Shown in pieces: positions 27,411-38,292 of a DNA stretch of 64,000 bases. Source of the stretch: Anaeramoeba ignava BMAN (lineage: Eukaryota > Protista > Anaeramoebae). Position numbers and translations under genes: made by a program. Below the pieces are notes generated by a model. The model did not search any database and was not told where the DNA came from. It worked only from the letters and a program-made list of their open reading frames with translations. The stretch spans positions 62,707 through 126,706 of the forward strand of contig JAPDFW010000135.1 of assembly GCA_028826165.1 (NCBI GenBank). The letters run 5' to 3'. Positions within the stretch are counted from its first letter, which is position 1, and every line of letters starts with the position of its first letter.

Positions 27411-28199
27411 TTAATTTATTTCAAAAATGGAATAAAGAATATTAAATAATTAAATTTAAAATTAATTTTATTTTATATATTTTATTAATATTTTTATTTA
27501 AAATAATATAAAATTATTCTCAATAATTTAATAAAATTAATAAGAAAATTGAAATATTTTAATAAATATAAATATTTAATTTTAATAATATTTAATAATA
27601 ATTTAATTTAGATTTTAATTTTTATTTTAATTTTATATATATTTATTTTTAATATTTAATAATAATTTATTATATTAATATTTTTAATTATTTATTATTT
27701 CAATTTTAATTATAATAAAATATATTAAAAATAAAATTAAAAATTAAAAAATTTTAAATAAATTGAATTTAACATGATTGAATAAGATAAACTTTCTAAA
27801 AAAATAATTTACTAATTATTCTATTTTTGATTTTGATTATAATTTATTAATATTTAAATATTAATTAATAATAAATTTTATTTGATTTTTTTATTTTAAC
27901 ATTTTAATTAATGAATTTAAATTTAATTATTATTAATTTCTATTTTCAATTTTTATTTTTATTTATTATATTAAAAATATTCAATTTTTAAAATTTATTA
28001 TTTTTTTTTTTTGGATTATTTTTATTAATTAAATTTTTAATAAATATTTTAAATTAAAATTAAATTATTTAAAATTAAATTTGTTTTTTATTTATTATTT
28101 TAAAGAAATTAATTTGATTAAAATTAAATTAAAATTGAATTAAATTTTGAAAAAAAAAATTAAAAAAAAAAGTTTGATTTTCTTATTATTAATTAATTT

Positions 28200-29768
28200 T
28201 TAAATGAAATAAGATTCAAGTTCATCAACAACCCATTTATCATAAGAACCAGCTAAATAACTTCTAGCTTCATTTGATTGATAAGTAATTCCATTAGGTA
28301 GATTATAACATATACCAAAATTTGAATAACCAGGTTGTAAATTAGAACCTAAAATAAAATCATTAAAATGTGGACCATAACTTAAACCAGAATAAATTGC
28401 ACTATTTTGTTTATATGTAAACTTTGCAGGTATTCTATCCCCTTTATCATTTCTTAATGAAAAAATAAATGCATTTGAATCATTAATCCGTTCTCCATTT
28501 GCTGATTTAAATCCAACTTGAGTAAAACCTCCAAAAATAAAATTATCTTTTGTTTTGATAATAACTAATGTTTTTCCTTTCCCATCAACTGCTTTATGCC
28601 AATTTTGAGAATTAAATCCATCTCTTTTTGCTGAAAATCCTTTTTTCATTTTAGAAAAAAAATCATTATCATTTATCCATTCTTGTAATTTCTTAACATA
28701 TTCTTCTTCTGTAATAATTCTTGTTTCTGAAAATTGAGGAAAATTCTTTTTGATTGGTTCCAATTTCTTTTGTAATTCAAATTCTTTTTCATATTCATCA
28801 AAAACAGGTTTCATTTTCTCAACTTCTTTCTTCCATTTATCTTCAATTTCAATTTTCATTTGTTGATTTTCTTTCTCTTTATTTTCAATTTCTTTTTGAT
28901 TTTCTTGAATAACTTTGTTTTGAATATCAACTAAAAAAGATTTAGGAAAAAAATCAAATTGTTTTAATTTATCAAAATCTTGTTTTGAAATTGAATCTTT
29001 ATCAAATAATGAAAAAAAAGAATGAAATAATCTTTTCTTTTCAATTCCCTTTTCTTTTTCTTTCTCTTTTTCTTTCTTTCCTTTTAATCTCTTATTTCTT
29101 TTTTCAATCCAATTATTTAAAAATTGAAAAAAATCAAATTGAAAAATTTCTTTTTTTTCTTGTTTAAATTGAATAAATTTGATAATTTCTTCTTTAGTTA
29201 AATTGAATAAATTTTCATTATTTTGAATTTGGGAAAAATTTTGATTTATTAATTCAAAACATTTTATTTCAATTTCATTTGAATTTAAATTTCGATTTTG
29301 GAATAAAAATTGGAAAAAATTTGAATAATTAATTGAATTTAAAATTTTTTTTTGAATAATTTCTTTCAATAAATTTAATTTAAAATAAATTGAAATTTCT
29401 AATAATTGGATAAGATTTTCTTGATTTTCAAAAGAAATATTTCCATAATAAATATAACTCAAAATTGATTCCATTTCTTTTTTATTAAATTGTTTTAAAA
29501 AAATCTTATCAATATCGTTTTCTCCTCTTAAAAACTCATTAAAAAAAGGAGATCTTGAAGATAAAATTGATTTATGAACTTTAATTTCAAAATTATTTGA
29601 TTTATTCTCAACAAAAATTGAAAAATCATTAAATGAATTTCCATTTAAAAGGTTTGAATAATCTTTAATTAAATTTTTTGTTACTTTTTTTTCTAAATTT
29701 TTCATTTCATTTTCATTTTCATTTTCATTTGCATTTTCAATTTGGTTATTATTATTATTATTATCCAT
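28200..29768 (-). CDS. BTB + coiled-coil + TLDc protein
   Basis: FNDFSIFV..IKVHKSILSSRSPFF (BTB); FSAKRDGF..WHKAVDGKGKTLVIIKT..FIFGGFT..DSNAFIFSL (TLDc). Confidence 0.9.
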   Translation of the reverse strand: MDNNNNNNQIENANENENENEMKNLEKKVTKNLIKDYSNLLNGNSFNDFSIFVENKSNNFEIKVHKSILSSRSPFFNEFLRGENDIDKIFLKQFNKKEMESILSYIYYGNISFENQENLIQLLEISIYFKLNLLKEIIQKKILNSINYSNFFQFLFQNRNLNSNEIEIKCFELINQNFSQIQNNENLFNLTKEEIIKFIQFKQEKKEIFQFDFFQFLNNWIEKRNKRLKGKKEKEKEKEKGIEKKRLFHSFFSLFDKDSISKQDFDKLKQFDFFPKSFLVDIQNKVIQENQKEIENKEKENQQMKIEIEDKWKKEVEKMKPVFDEYEKEFELQKKLEPIKKNFPQFSETRIITEEEYVKKLQEWINDNDFFSKMKKGFSAKRDGFNSQNWHKAVDGKGKTLVIIKTKDNFIFGGFTQVGFKSANGERINDSNAFIFSLRNDKGDRIPAKFTYKQNSAIYSGLSYGPHFNDFILGSNLQPGYSNFGICYNLPNGITYQSNEARSYLAGSYDKWVVDELESYFI

Positions 29769-30294
29769 TTTGTGTTTTTGTTTTTTGTTTTTGTTTTTTG
29801 TTTTTTAAAAAAAAAGGAAAAATGAAAAAAATTTAAATAAAAATGAATAAAAAAAATTTGGATTTTTGAAAATAAATAAAAATATTTTTAAAAATAAGAA
29901 TAAATTTTAAATTAATAATTAATTTTTAATTTTCTTTTTAATTTATTATTTTAAATTAATTTATTAATAAATTATTATTATTTTTATTAATTTTAAATTA
30001 AAAAGGAAAATTATTTTAATTTAATTTAATTTTTTTTTAATTTTTAAATTAAAAATTATTTAATATTTAAATTTAAAAACAAATTTCTAAAAATTAAATT
30101 ATTATTTTAATAATAATTTAATTCAAAAAGATAAAATTTAATTTCAAAAATCAATTTTCAAAATATTTTTAAATAATAAAATATTTAAATCTAAAACATT
30201 AAATTATTATTTTAATAATAAAATTAAATATTAAATTATATTTTTAAATTAATTTCTAAATTAAATATTAAATTAAATCTGTTCTCATTTTTTA

Positions 30295-32086
30295 TTAATT
30301 TTGATTATTAAATTTGTTAATTAATAAATCAAATAAATTTGGATTTGTTTGATTTAATTGAAAATAATCAATTCCAGTTTCTAATTCTTCAATAATTTCT
30401 TGTGTAATTTGAATTCCATTTTTGATTTGATTTGAATAAATCCAATATTCAAATATTTGAAATGATTTATTACTTAATTCACTATAATCTGTAACTTTAT
30501 TTGAAGTATCTTCTGTTACAGATAAAAACATTCCTCGATATAATTCACTTCTCATTATTAATATTAATTTAGGAAATTTATATTGTTTTTCTTTTCTTTC
30601 AATTATAAAATCTTTTTCATTTTCATTTTCATTTAAATAAATTCTTTTCATTGTTTCTTCTATTTTTTCATTGGAATTTATAATTTCTTTAATTTCTAAA
30701 TATAATTTTGGATTTATTAATTGTTTGAATAAATCATTTCAAATATTTGATTTGATTCTTTAATTGATTTTTTTGAAATAATTTCTTGAAGTTTTTCATT
30801 TTGATTTTGATTTTGATTTTGATTTTGATTTAATCTATATTTTAATATTAATTTATGAGCTTTGATTATTTCTCCATTTTTGGTTTTAAATGAAATATCA
30901 CAAAATTCTTTTCTTTGGAATAGTTTTATCAAATCTTCTTCAAGATTGGAAAAAGAAGGAGGAGAATAATAAATAAATGAATTGAAAGTTCCACAAGAAA
31001 GATGATAATTGGAAATATCTTCATTAAATCTTAATTTAGGGAGTTCAATTTGAATTGGAATTGATTGACTATTTGTATTTCCAGTTCCTAATTGACCTGA
31101 ATAATTATATCCAAATCCAATTAATTTTGAATTGGAAGTTAAAATCAAAGTATGAGAATTCCCAACAGAAAAATCAAGAATATTATCATCATTTTCAAAT
31201 AAAGATGATTTGATTTCAGTAAATTCATTTGTATTTTCATTACGATTTTTGCCAAGTCCATTAAATAGATAATCTCCACATGAATAAAGTTTTCTTTTTG
31301 GATTTTCATTTTCATTTTCATTTTCAATCAACATTATTGAATAATAAAATGAAGGTTTAATATCAATTATTTTGCCTTTTGGAATATTTTGGATTTTGGT
31401 TAATTTTCTTATATATGTTTCTTTTCTTCTTGATTCTCCTAATCCAAGTTGACCATAGAAATTTTCACCGCATCCAAATAATTCTTGATTTGAATTTAAA
31501 AGAAAAACGCAATCTGAAGAATCTCCTGAAAATATTTTAGAAACATTTTTCATCATTAAAATTGGTTTTTCTGTTTTTGGAAGTGTTTTATATTCAAAAC
31601 CAAGTTGACCATATTCATTTGAACCAATTCCATAAGCATTTTGATTTGAAGTTAATAAGTAAATTGAATTATTTCCAGAAACAACATCTTCAATTATTCT
31701 ATCATTTGTATCTTCAATTAATGATGAAATATTGATAAATTCTTTTGGATTATTTGGATTAATATCTTTTCCTTTTGCAAATACATTTCCTTCTATTGTT
31801 AAAATAGCTTCGTTTGCATAACCAACAGATACTTTTTGAATATTTTCTTCAATTTGGATTTCTTCAGGATTTGAATCATTTCCTCTTAAATATTCCATTG
31901 CTTTTCTATTTTTAAAAAGGAAAATTGTTGAAAAACCTCCTGATGAAATTTGTTTAATTTGTTTTTCATTTTCATTTTGATTTTCATTTTCAAATTTAAA
32001 TTGAATTGGTTTTGTTATTTTTTCTGGTTCATTTTTGATAAAAGAATTGGATAATTATTTAAACCAAAAAATAAAATTTCATTCAT
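30295..32086 (-). CDS. RCC1-repeat + tandem BTB protein, copy B (frameshifts ~32040 and ~30718)
   Basis: ATG at 32086 (MNEILFFG); collinear with copy D. Confidence 0.85.
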
Positions 32087-32171
32087 TTTTGAAAAGAAAA
32101 AAAATGAAAAAAATGAAATCCATTTTTCTTTTTTCTTTTCAAAAAAAATTTCCTTTTCAAAAAAAAATTGA

Positions 32172-32945
32172 ATGGAATTTCCCAAATGGATTTTCGAAAA
32201 ACAAACAATAATTGAAAATACTCCAAGCAGAAAAGAAGGGATTGATTTTGAAACAGAGTTGAATGAACGAGAAGAAACAAGCATTTTCATATTGACATTA
32301 GGCAAACTACTTGATCTGAACGAAATCATCATTTGCACATCACAATATTATTTCCACAGAGTTTTCCTGAAGTATTCTTTCAACAAAGAAGACAGTAATC
32401 AAGCTCGTATGATGGCTGCAGGATGTGTTCTCTTAGCATCAAAGATTCATGAATGTGCGAAAAAAACAAGAGATATAATTAATTGTTACCATTTCATCAT
32501 CACTGGAGGTCAACAGATTCTCGAAATTGGGGACCACTTTCATAAACTTCGCGCAGATCTTGTCTTGGCAGAATCAAGAGTTCTGAGAGCTTTGTGTTTT
32601 GATCTTGATATTGTTGTTCCGAATGTTTATTTGCTTCATTTTTCAAAAAGCCTTTCTTTATCGCAATCTACATTCAAAATCGCTTCAAAATTGCTGAATG
32701 ATTCAATGACTTCCATACTTTGTTTACTTTGTACCCCTGTAGAAATCGCTTGTGGTTGCATACATCTTGCTTCAAAAATTTCAGACAAAGAAATACCCTT
32801 TCCATGTTGGTACGAGGTTTTTGGTGTTGATACAAACAAGGTTGTTTTTGTAGTTTCTGAAATAATGTCCCTCATCTCGAAATCAAATGAACAAAATTTC
32901 CACAATTTGAATGAAAATCAAAATGAAAATTTAAAGAAAAATTAA
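32172..32945 (+). CDS. Transcriptional cyclin (cyclin L/Q-like)
   Basis: TSQYYFHR, AAGCVLLASKIHE..KTRDIIN, AESRVLRALCFD, and a second cyclin fold IACGCIHLA..WYEVF. Confidence 0.8.
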   Translation: MEFPKWIFEKQTIIENTPSRKEGIDFETELNEREETSIFILTLGKLLDLNEIIICTSQYYFHRVFLKYSFNKEDSNQARMMAAGCVLLASKIHECAKKTRDIINCYHFIITGGQQILEIGDHFHKLRADLVLAESRVLRALCFDLDIVVPNVYLLHFSKSLSLSQSTFKIASKLLNDSMTSILCLLCTPVEIACGCIHLASKISDKEIPFPCWYEVFGVDTNKVVFVVSEIMSLISKSNEQNFHNLNENQNENLKKN

Positions 32946-33029
32946 TTGAGAAAAATTCTTTTTTGTTTTTTTTTTTTGATTTATAAATGAAATTAAAATT
33001 ATTTTTTTCATTTTTTTCTTTTTAAAAAA

Positions 33030-34898
33030 ATGTCAAATCAAAACAATAATCAAAATAATAATCAAAATGAAAATGAACCAAGATCATTCATAATTGGTTT
33101 GTTTGGACTTGATGGATCAGGCAAATCACATTTCACAATTCAACTTCTTCAACACACCTTTATAGAAGAATATGATCCAACAATAGAAGACAGTTACAGA
33201 AAGCAAATAGAATTCCAAAACGAAAAATTTAACGTTGAGATTTATGATACAACTAGTATGGAAGAAGAACATACTATTTTCACTCCAGAATACAAAATGG
33301 GGTTATGTGGTGGATTTATTATTATGTATTCAATCACAAATCGGGAAAGTTTTGAATTTATTAATTATCTTCTCGAAAAAATGATAAAAGCCAAAAATCC
33401 TGATCCTTTTCCTGTTATTATTGTTGGAAATAAAACTGATTTGGAAAGTGAAAGAAAAGTTCCAAAAAAAGAAGCTGAAGCTTTTTGTAAAGAAAAAAAA
33501 ATACCATTTGTGGAATTAACTTGTCGTGATTTTCAACAAGTTAAATCAGTTGTTGTTCAAATATGTAAATTGATGAAAAATTGGGATCATATTGTTGAAA
33601 TGGAAAAAAGAAAAAAGAAAAAGAAATGGTTAAGGAAATTATTAGTTCCCAAAAAGGAATGTGAATTACCTGATCAATTTACTCTTCCTTCAATTGATAT
33701 TCAACCAAGCTCTTTCCAATTTGATTGCGATAAGATTTTCCAAGATAAAATCAATACCGATGTTAAATTTAGTTTTGTTGATAATTCAAACAATCAAGGT
33801 TATTCATCATTTGATGCTCATCAAGCTATTCTTGCTTCAAGATGCTTTACATTTGGTAAAATTTTCAGAGGATTAAAAGAAAACAAACTTGAAGAAGTTC
33901 AACAAACTTGCAACAATGCGAAATTAAAATTGATCGAAAATAAAGGAGAAATACTTACTCTTTCAACTGAATATTTCTCAATTCAATCTTTTTATTCAAT
34001 GATTAGATTTTTATATTCAGCAATTATTGATGAAGAAGTGAAAAAAAGTGTTAAATTATCAAATGATTTACTTTCAGTTGCAGAAATTTTCAAAATTGAT
34101 ACTTTGAAAAATATTATGAATAAGAATATTTCTCTTTTAAAAAATCAAAATCAAAATCAAAATCAAAATGAAATATTAAAAGAAATTTCAGATTTACTTT
34201 CAAATGAAATGATAACAATCTCAAATAGATTTGCAATGCTTCTTAGAAAATCGCCATTCAGTGATTTCAGAATTATAATCAAAGAAGATGAAAATGCAAG
34301 AGAAAGAAGATTCTTTGTTCATTCGCCAATTCTTTCTCAAAGATGCAAATATTTTCAATTAGTTCTTCGAAATGAAATGATGGAAAAAAAGAAAGAAGAA
34401 ATATTACTTTCTGATATTAGTTTTGATTCCTTTTTACTTGCTATTGAATATATTTATTCAGATAGATTCTTGCCACCAAATGTCACTTCAGCAAAACAAA
34501 CCCAAAATACAAAACAAATTATTCAAACTAATAAAATTATGTTGGAACTTCTTATTATTTGTGATTATTTCCAACTTCCAAGACTCCATCAATTATGTCA
34601 AAAGGATCTAATGGAAAATCTTCATGAAGATATGCTTGTTTTTGCTTTGAATGTTGCAAACCAATGTAATGCTCCAATTCTAGAAGAATTTTGTATGATT
34701 CAAATTGGCAAAAATTTCCAAAAATTCAAAAACGATCCTCAATTTACAAATTATTTAGATCAAGAACAAAAAGATCAAATTAAAAAATATCAATATCCTC
34801 CTAAAAATTATATTAAATATCACAAGAAATTTAAAGTTAAATTAGCAAAGAAATTTGGACTTATTGAAAAAGAAGATGAAAGATTAAAGAAAAAATAA
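33030..34898 (+). CDS. Ras-like GTPase domain + two BTB domains (RhoBTB-like architecture)
   Basis: GLDGSGKS, YDPTIEDSYRKQ, NKTD; BTBs DAHQAILASRC and VHSPILSQRCKYF; C-terminus YPPKNY resembles the RhoBTB tail. Confidence 0.88.
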   Translation: MSNQNNNQNNNQNENEPRSFIIGLFGLDGSGKSHFTIQLLQHTFIEEYDPTIEDSYRKQIEFQNEKFNVEIYDTTSMEEEHTIFTPEYKMGLCGGFIIMYSITNRESFEFINYLLEKMIKAKNPDPFPVIIVGNKTDLESERKVPKKEAEAFCKEKKIPFVELTCRDFQQVKSVVVQICKLMKNWDHIVEMEKRKKKKKWLRKLLVPKKECELPDQFTLPSIDIQPSSFQFDCDKIFQDKINTDVKFSFVDNSNNQGYSSFDAHQAILASRCFTFGKIFRGLKENKLEEVQQTCNNAKLKLIENKGEILTLSTEYFSIQSFYSMIRFLYSAIIDEEVKKSVKLSNDLLSVAEIFKIDTLKNIMNKNISLLKNQNQNQNQNEILKEISDLLSNEMITISNRFAMLLRKSPFSDFRIIIKEDENARERRFFVHSPILSQRCKYFQLVLRNEMMEKKKEEILLSDISFDSFLLAIEYIYSDRFLPPNVTSAKQTQNTKQIIQTNKIMLELLIICDYFQLPRLHQLCQKDLMENLHEDMLVFALNVANQCNAPILEEFCMIQIGKNFQKFKNDPQFTNYLDQEQKDQIKKYQYPPKNYIKYHKKFKVKLAKKFGLIEKEDERLKKK

Positions 34899-34901
34899 TT
34901 T

Positions 34902-35018
34902 TTATTTTAATTTATTTTGATTTTCAAATTTAAATTGAATTGGTTTTGTTATTGAATTTGGTTCATTTTTGATAAATTTTGGTTCTTGATTTGAACCAAA
35001 AAATATAATTTCATTCAT
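34902..35018 (-). pseudogene. Truncated 5' end (38 codons) of another RCC1-BTB gene
   Basis: Translates as MNEIIFFGSNQEPKFIKNEPNSITKPIQFKFENQNKLK*, the family N-terminus, broken at the EN/QN repeat. Confidence 0.85.
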
Positions 35019-35071
35019 TTTTGAAATGAAAAAAATGAATAAGAAACAAATCATTTAATTTTTTTTGCTTT

Positions 35072-36214
35072 TCAAAAATATGTTCGATGAATAATTGTTG
35101 GTCCAATTTCATTATATTCATCTAATGAAATACATCGATCTTGAAAAGTAGAAAATGAAGCCAACATTGATCCACCAATCCAAGATGAATATTTTCTTTC
35201 TTCAGGAGCAATAATTTTAACTTTCATTCCATTTTTTTCTGATAATTTAGATATTTCTTTTTTAAATCTTTGTTTGATTCCAGGAAACATTGAAGTTCCT
35301 CCAGATAAAATAATATTAGAAAGTAAATCTTTTTGAATATCCTCATCACATTTCATAATTGAATCGTAAATCATTTCATGAATTCCTTTTTCCTCTATTT
35401 CAATCAAAGAAGGTTGAAATAATGCTTCTGAACATCTGAATCTTTCTTTTCCAATTTTGATAATTCGACCATCAAATATTTCATAATCTTTTTCAATTAA
35501 TTTTTCTTCTTGATTAATTTCTTTATCAAAATCCAAAGCAACATATCCAAATTTTTCTTTAATATCTTTAATAATTGCAATTTCAGCAGTTGTTGTCAAA
35601 GAATATCCTTTTTCTGTTAACATTTGCAATAAATAATCATTTAAATTTTTTCCTCCCAAATTTAATTTATTGATTGAATTCAATAAAACAGAGCTTTCAT
35701 AAACAGGAACAACTTGAATAAAACCACCTCCCATTTCAACAACAACTCCTATTGGTATTCTTGTTGATATTAATGATAAAACAGATTGATTTTCAAGATC
35801 GAAAAAAGGAGTACAAAATGTTTCAAACATGATTTGAGTAATTTTCTCTTTATTTCCTTTTGAATTGAAAACACTATCCATTAATAAAGCAGGATGTTCT
35901 TCAGGAGCAACTCTTAATTCATTATAAAAACTATGATGCCATATTTTTTCCATATCATCCCAATTTGTTACCATTCCATTTTCAATCGGATATTTCATTC
36001 TTAATATTCCCCTTTTTGCAATTGCTTCATCTCCAATATATGCATCTTTTTGTCCCATTCCTACCATTACTCCCATATATCCTGTTCTTCCAACTATTGA
36101 TGGAATAATTGATCTTGGTTTATCATCTCCTGCAAATCCTGATTTTGAATAAGTTGTTCCATTATCAAATATTACAATTCGATTTTCTTCCAATGTATAA
36201 TCACCAAAACTCAT
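35072..36214 (-). CDS. Divergent actin / actin-like protein, copy 1
   Basis: [68 protein letters not shown]. Confidence 0.93.
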   Translation of the reverse strand: MSFGDYTLEENRIVIFDNGTTYSKSGFAGDDKPRSIIPSIVGRTGYMGVMVGMGQKDAYIGDEAIAKRGILRMKYPIENGMVTNWDDMEKIWHHSFYNELRVAPEEHPALLMDSVFNSKGNKEKITQIMFETFCTPFFDLENQSVLSLISTRIPIGVVVEMGGGFIQVVPVYESSVLLNSINKLNLGGKNLNDYLLQMLTEKGYSLTTTAEIAIIKDIKEKFGYVALDFDKEINQEEKLIEKDYEIFDGRIIKIGKERFRCSEALFQPSLIEIEEKGIHEMIYDSIMKCDEDIQKDLLSNIILSGGTSMFPGIKQRFKKEISKLSEKNGMKVKIIAPEERKYSSWIGGSMLASFSTFQDRCISLDEYNEIGPTIIHRTYF

Positions 36215-36427
36215 TTTTGGAAAGATGAAAAAAATGAAAGAAAAAAATGAATTTTAATTTTAATTTTAATTTTAATTTTGATTTTAATTTTAATTTTAAT
36301 TTTAATTTTAATTTTAATTTTAATTTTAATTTTAATTTTAATTTTGATTTTAATTTTAATTTTAATTTTGATTTTAATTTTAATTTTGATTTTAATTTTA
36401 ATTTTAATTTTGATTTTAATTTTGATA

Positions 36428-38219
36428 TTAATTTTGATTATTAAATTTTTTAATTAATAAATCAAATAAATTTGGATTTGTTTGATTTAATTGAAAATAA
36501 TCAATTCCAATTTTAATTTCATCAATAATTTCTTGTGTAATTTGAATTTCATTTTTGATTTGATTTGAATAAATCCAATATTCAAATATTTGAAATGATT
36601 TATTACTTAATTCACTATAATCTGTAACTTTATTAGAAGTATCTTCAGTTACAGATAAAAACATTCCTCGATATAATTCACTTCTCATTATTAATATTAA
36701 TTTAGGAAATTTATATTGTTTTTCTTTTCTTTCAATTATAAAATCTTTTTCATTTTCATTTTCATTTAAATAAATTCTTTTCATTGTTTCTTCAATTTTT
36801 TCATTGGAATTTATATTTTCTTTAATTTCAGAATATAATTTTGGATTTATATTCTATTTGAATAAATCATTTCAAATATTTGATTTGATTCTTTAATTGA
36901 TTTATTTGAAATAATTTCTTGAAGTTTTTCAATTTGATTTTGATTTTGATTTTGATTTTGATTTAATCTATATTTCAATATTAATTTATGAGCTTCAATT
37001 ATTTCTCCATTTTCTGTTTTAAATGAAATATCACAAAATTCTTTTCTTCTAAATAGTTTTATCAAATCTTCTTCAAGATTGGAAAAAGAAAGAGCAGAAT
37101 AATAAAAAAATGATTTTTCATTTCTACAAGAAATATGATAATTAGAAATATTTTCATTAAATCTTAATTTAGGAAGTTCAATTTGAATAGGAATTGATTG
37201 ACTATTTGTATCTCCAGTTCCTAATTGACCAAATTCATTATTCCCAAATCCAATTAATTTTGAATTAGAAGTTAAAATCAAAGTATGCAGATTTCCAACA
37301 GAAAAATCAAGAATATCATCATCATTTTCAAATAAAGATGATTTGATTTCAGTAAATTCATAAGTATCTTCATTTTTGCCAAGTCCATTGTATAGAGAAT
37401 ATCCACATGAATAAAGTTTTCTTTTTGGATTTTCATTTTCATTTTCATTTTCAATCAACATTATTGAAAAATTAAATCCAGATTGAATATCAATTATTTT
37501 GCCTTTTGGAATATTTTGGATTTTGGTTAATTTTCTTATATATGTTTCTTTTTTTCTTGATTCTCCTAATCCAACTTGACCAGAATTATTATATCCACAT
37601 CCAAATAATTCTTGATTTTGAATTTAAAAGAAAAACATGATTTGAAGTATTTCCTGAAAATATTTTAGAAACATTTTTCATCATTAAAATTGGTTTTTCT
37701 GTTTCTTCAAGTGTTTCATAATCAAAACCAAGTTGATCATAGTGATTTGAACCAATTCCATAAGCATTTTGATTTGAACTTAATAAGTAAATTGAATTAT
37801 TTCCAGAAACAACATCTTCAATTATTCTATCATTTGTATCTTCAATTAATGATGAAATATTGATAAATTCATTTTGGATTTTTGGATTGATATTTCTTCC
37901 TTTGGCAAATACATTTCCTTCTATTGTTAAAATATTTTCATTTTCTTCACCAACAGTTACTTTTTGAATATTTTCTTCAATTTGGATTTTTATCAGGATT
38001 TTGTTTTGAATCTTCTTGATCTAAATATTCTATTGCTTTTCCATTTTTAAAAAGGAAAATTGTTGATAAATAACTTGATGAAATTTGTTTAATTTGTTTT
38101 TCATTTTCATTTTCATTTTCATTTTCAAATTTAAATTGAATTGGCTTTGTTATTTTTTCTGGTTCATTTTCATCCAAAACAACAAAATCATTTCTTCCAA
38201 AAAATAAACAATCATTCAT
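36428..38219 (-). CDS. RCC1-repeat + tandem BTB protein, copy C (frameshifts ~37985, ~37617, ~36848)
   Basis: Collinear with copy D across three 1-nt indels. Confidence 0.85.
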
Positions 38220-38292
38220 TTTTAAAAAATAAAAAAATGAAAAAATTAAAAGTCGAAAAAAAAATTTGAATTTCTTTTCTTGTTAATTTTTT

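Noticed and set aside
25151-38219. RCC1-BTB copies A-C as definite pseudogenes or phase-variable genes
   Set aside because: Cannot be decided. The indels are single bases, and one (attcgaagat at ~26537) looks like a merge of two paralogue alleles (caa/gaa). Read-level polishing is needed.
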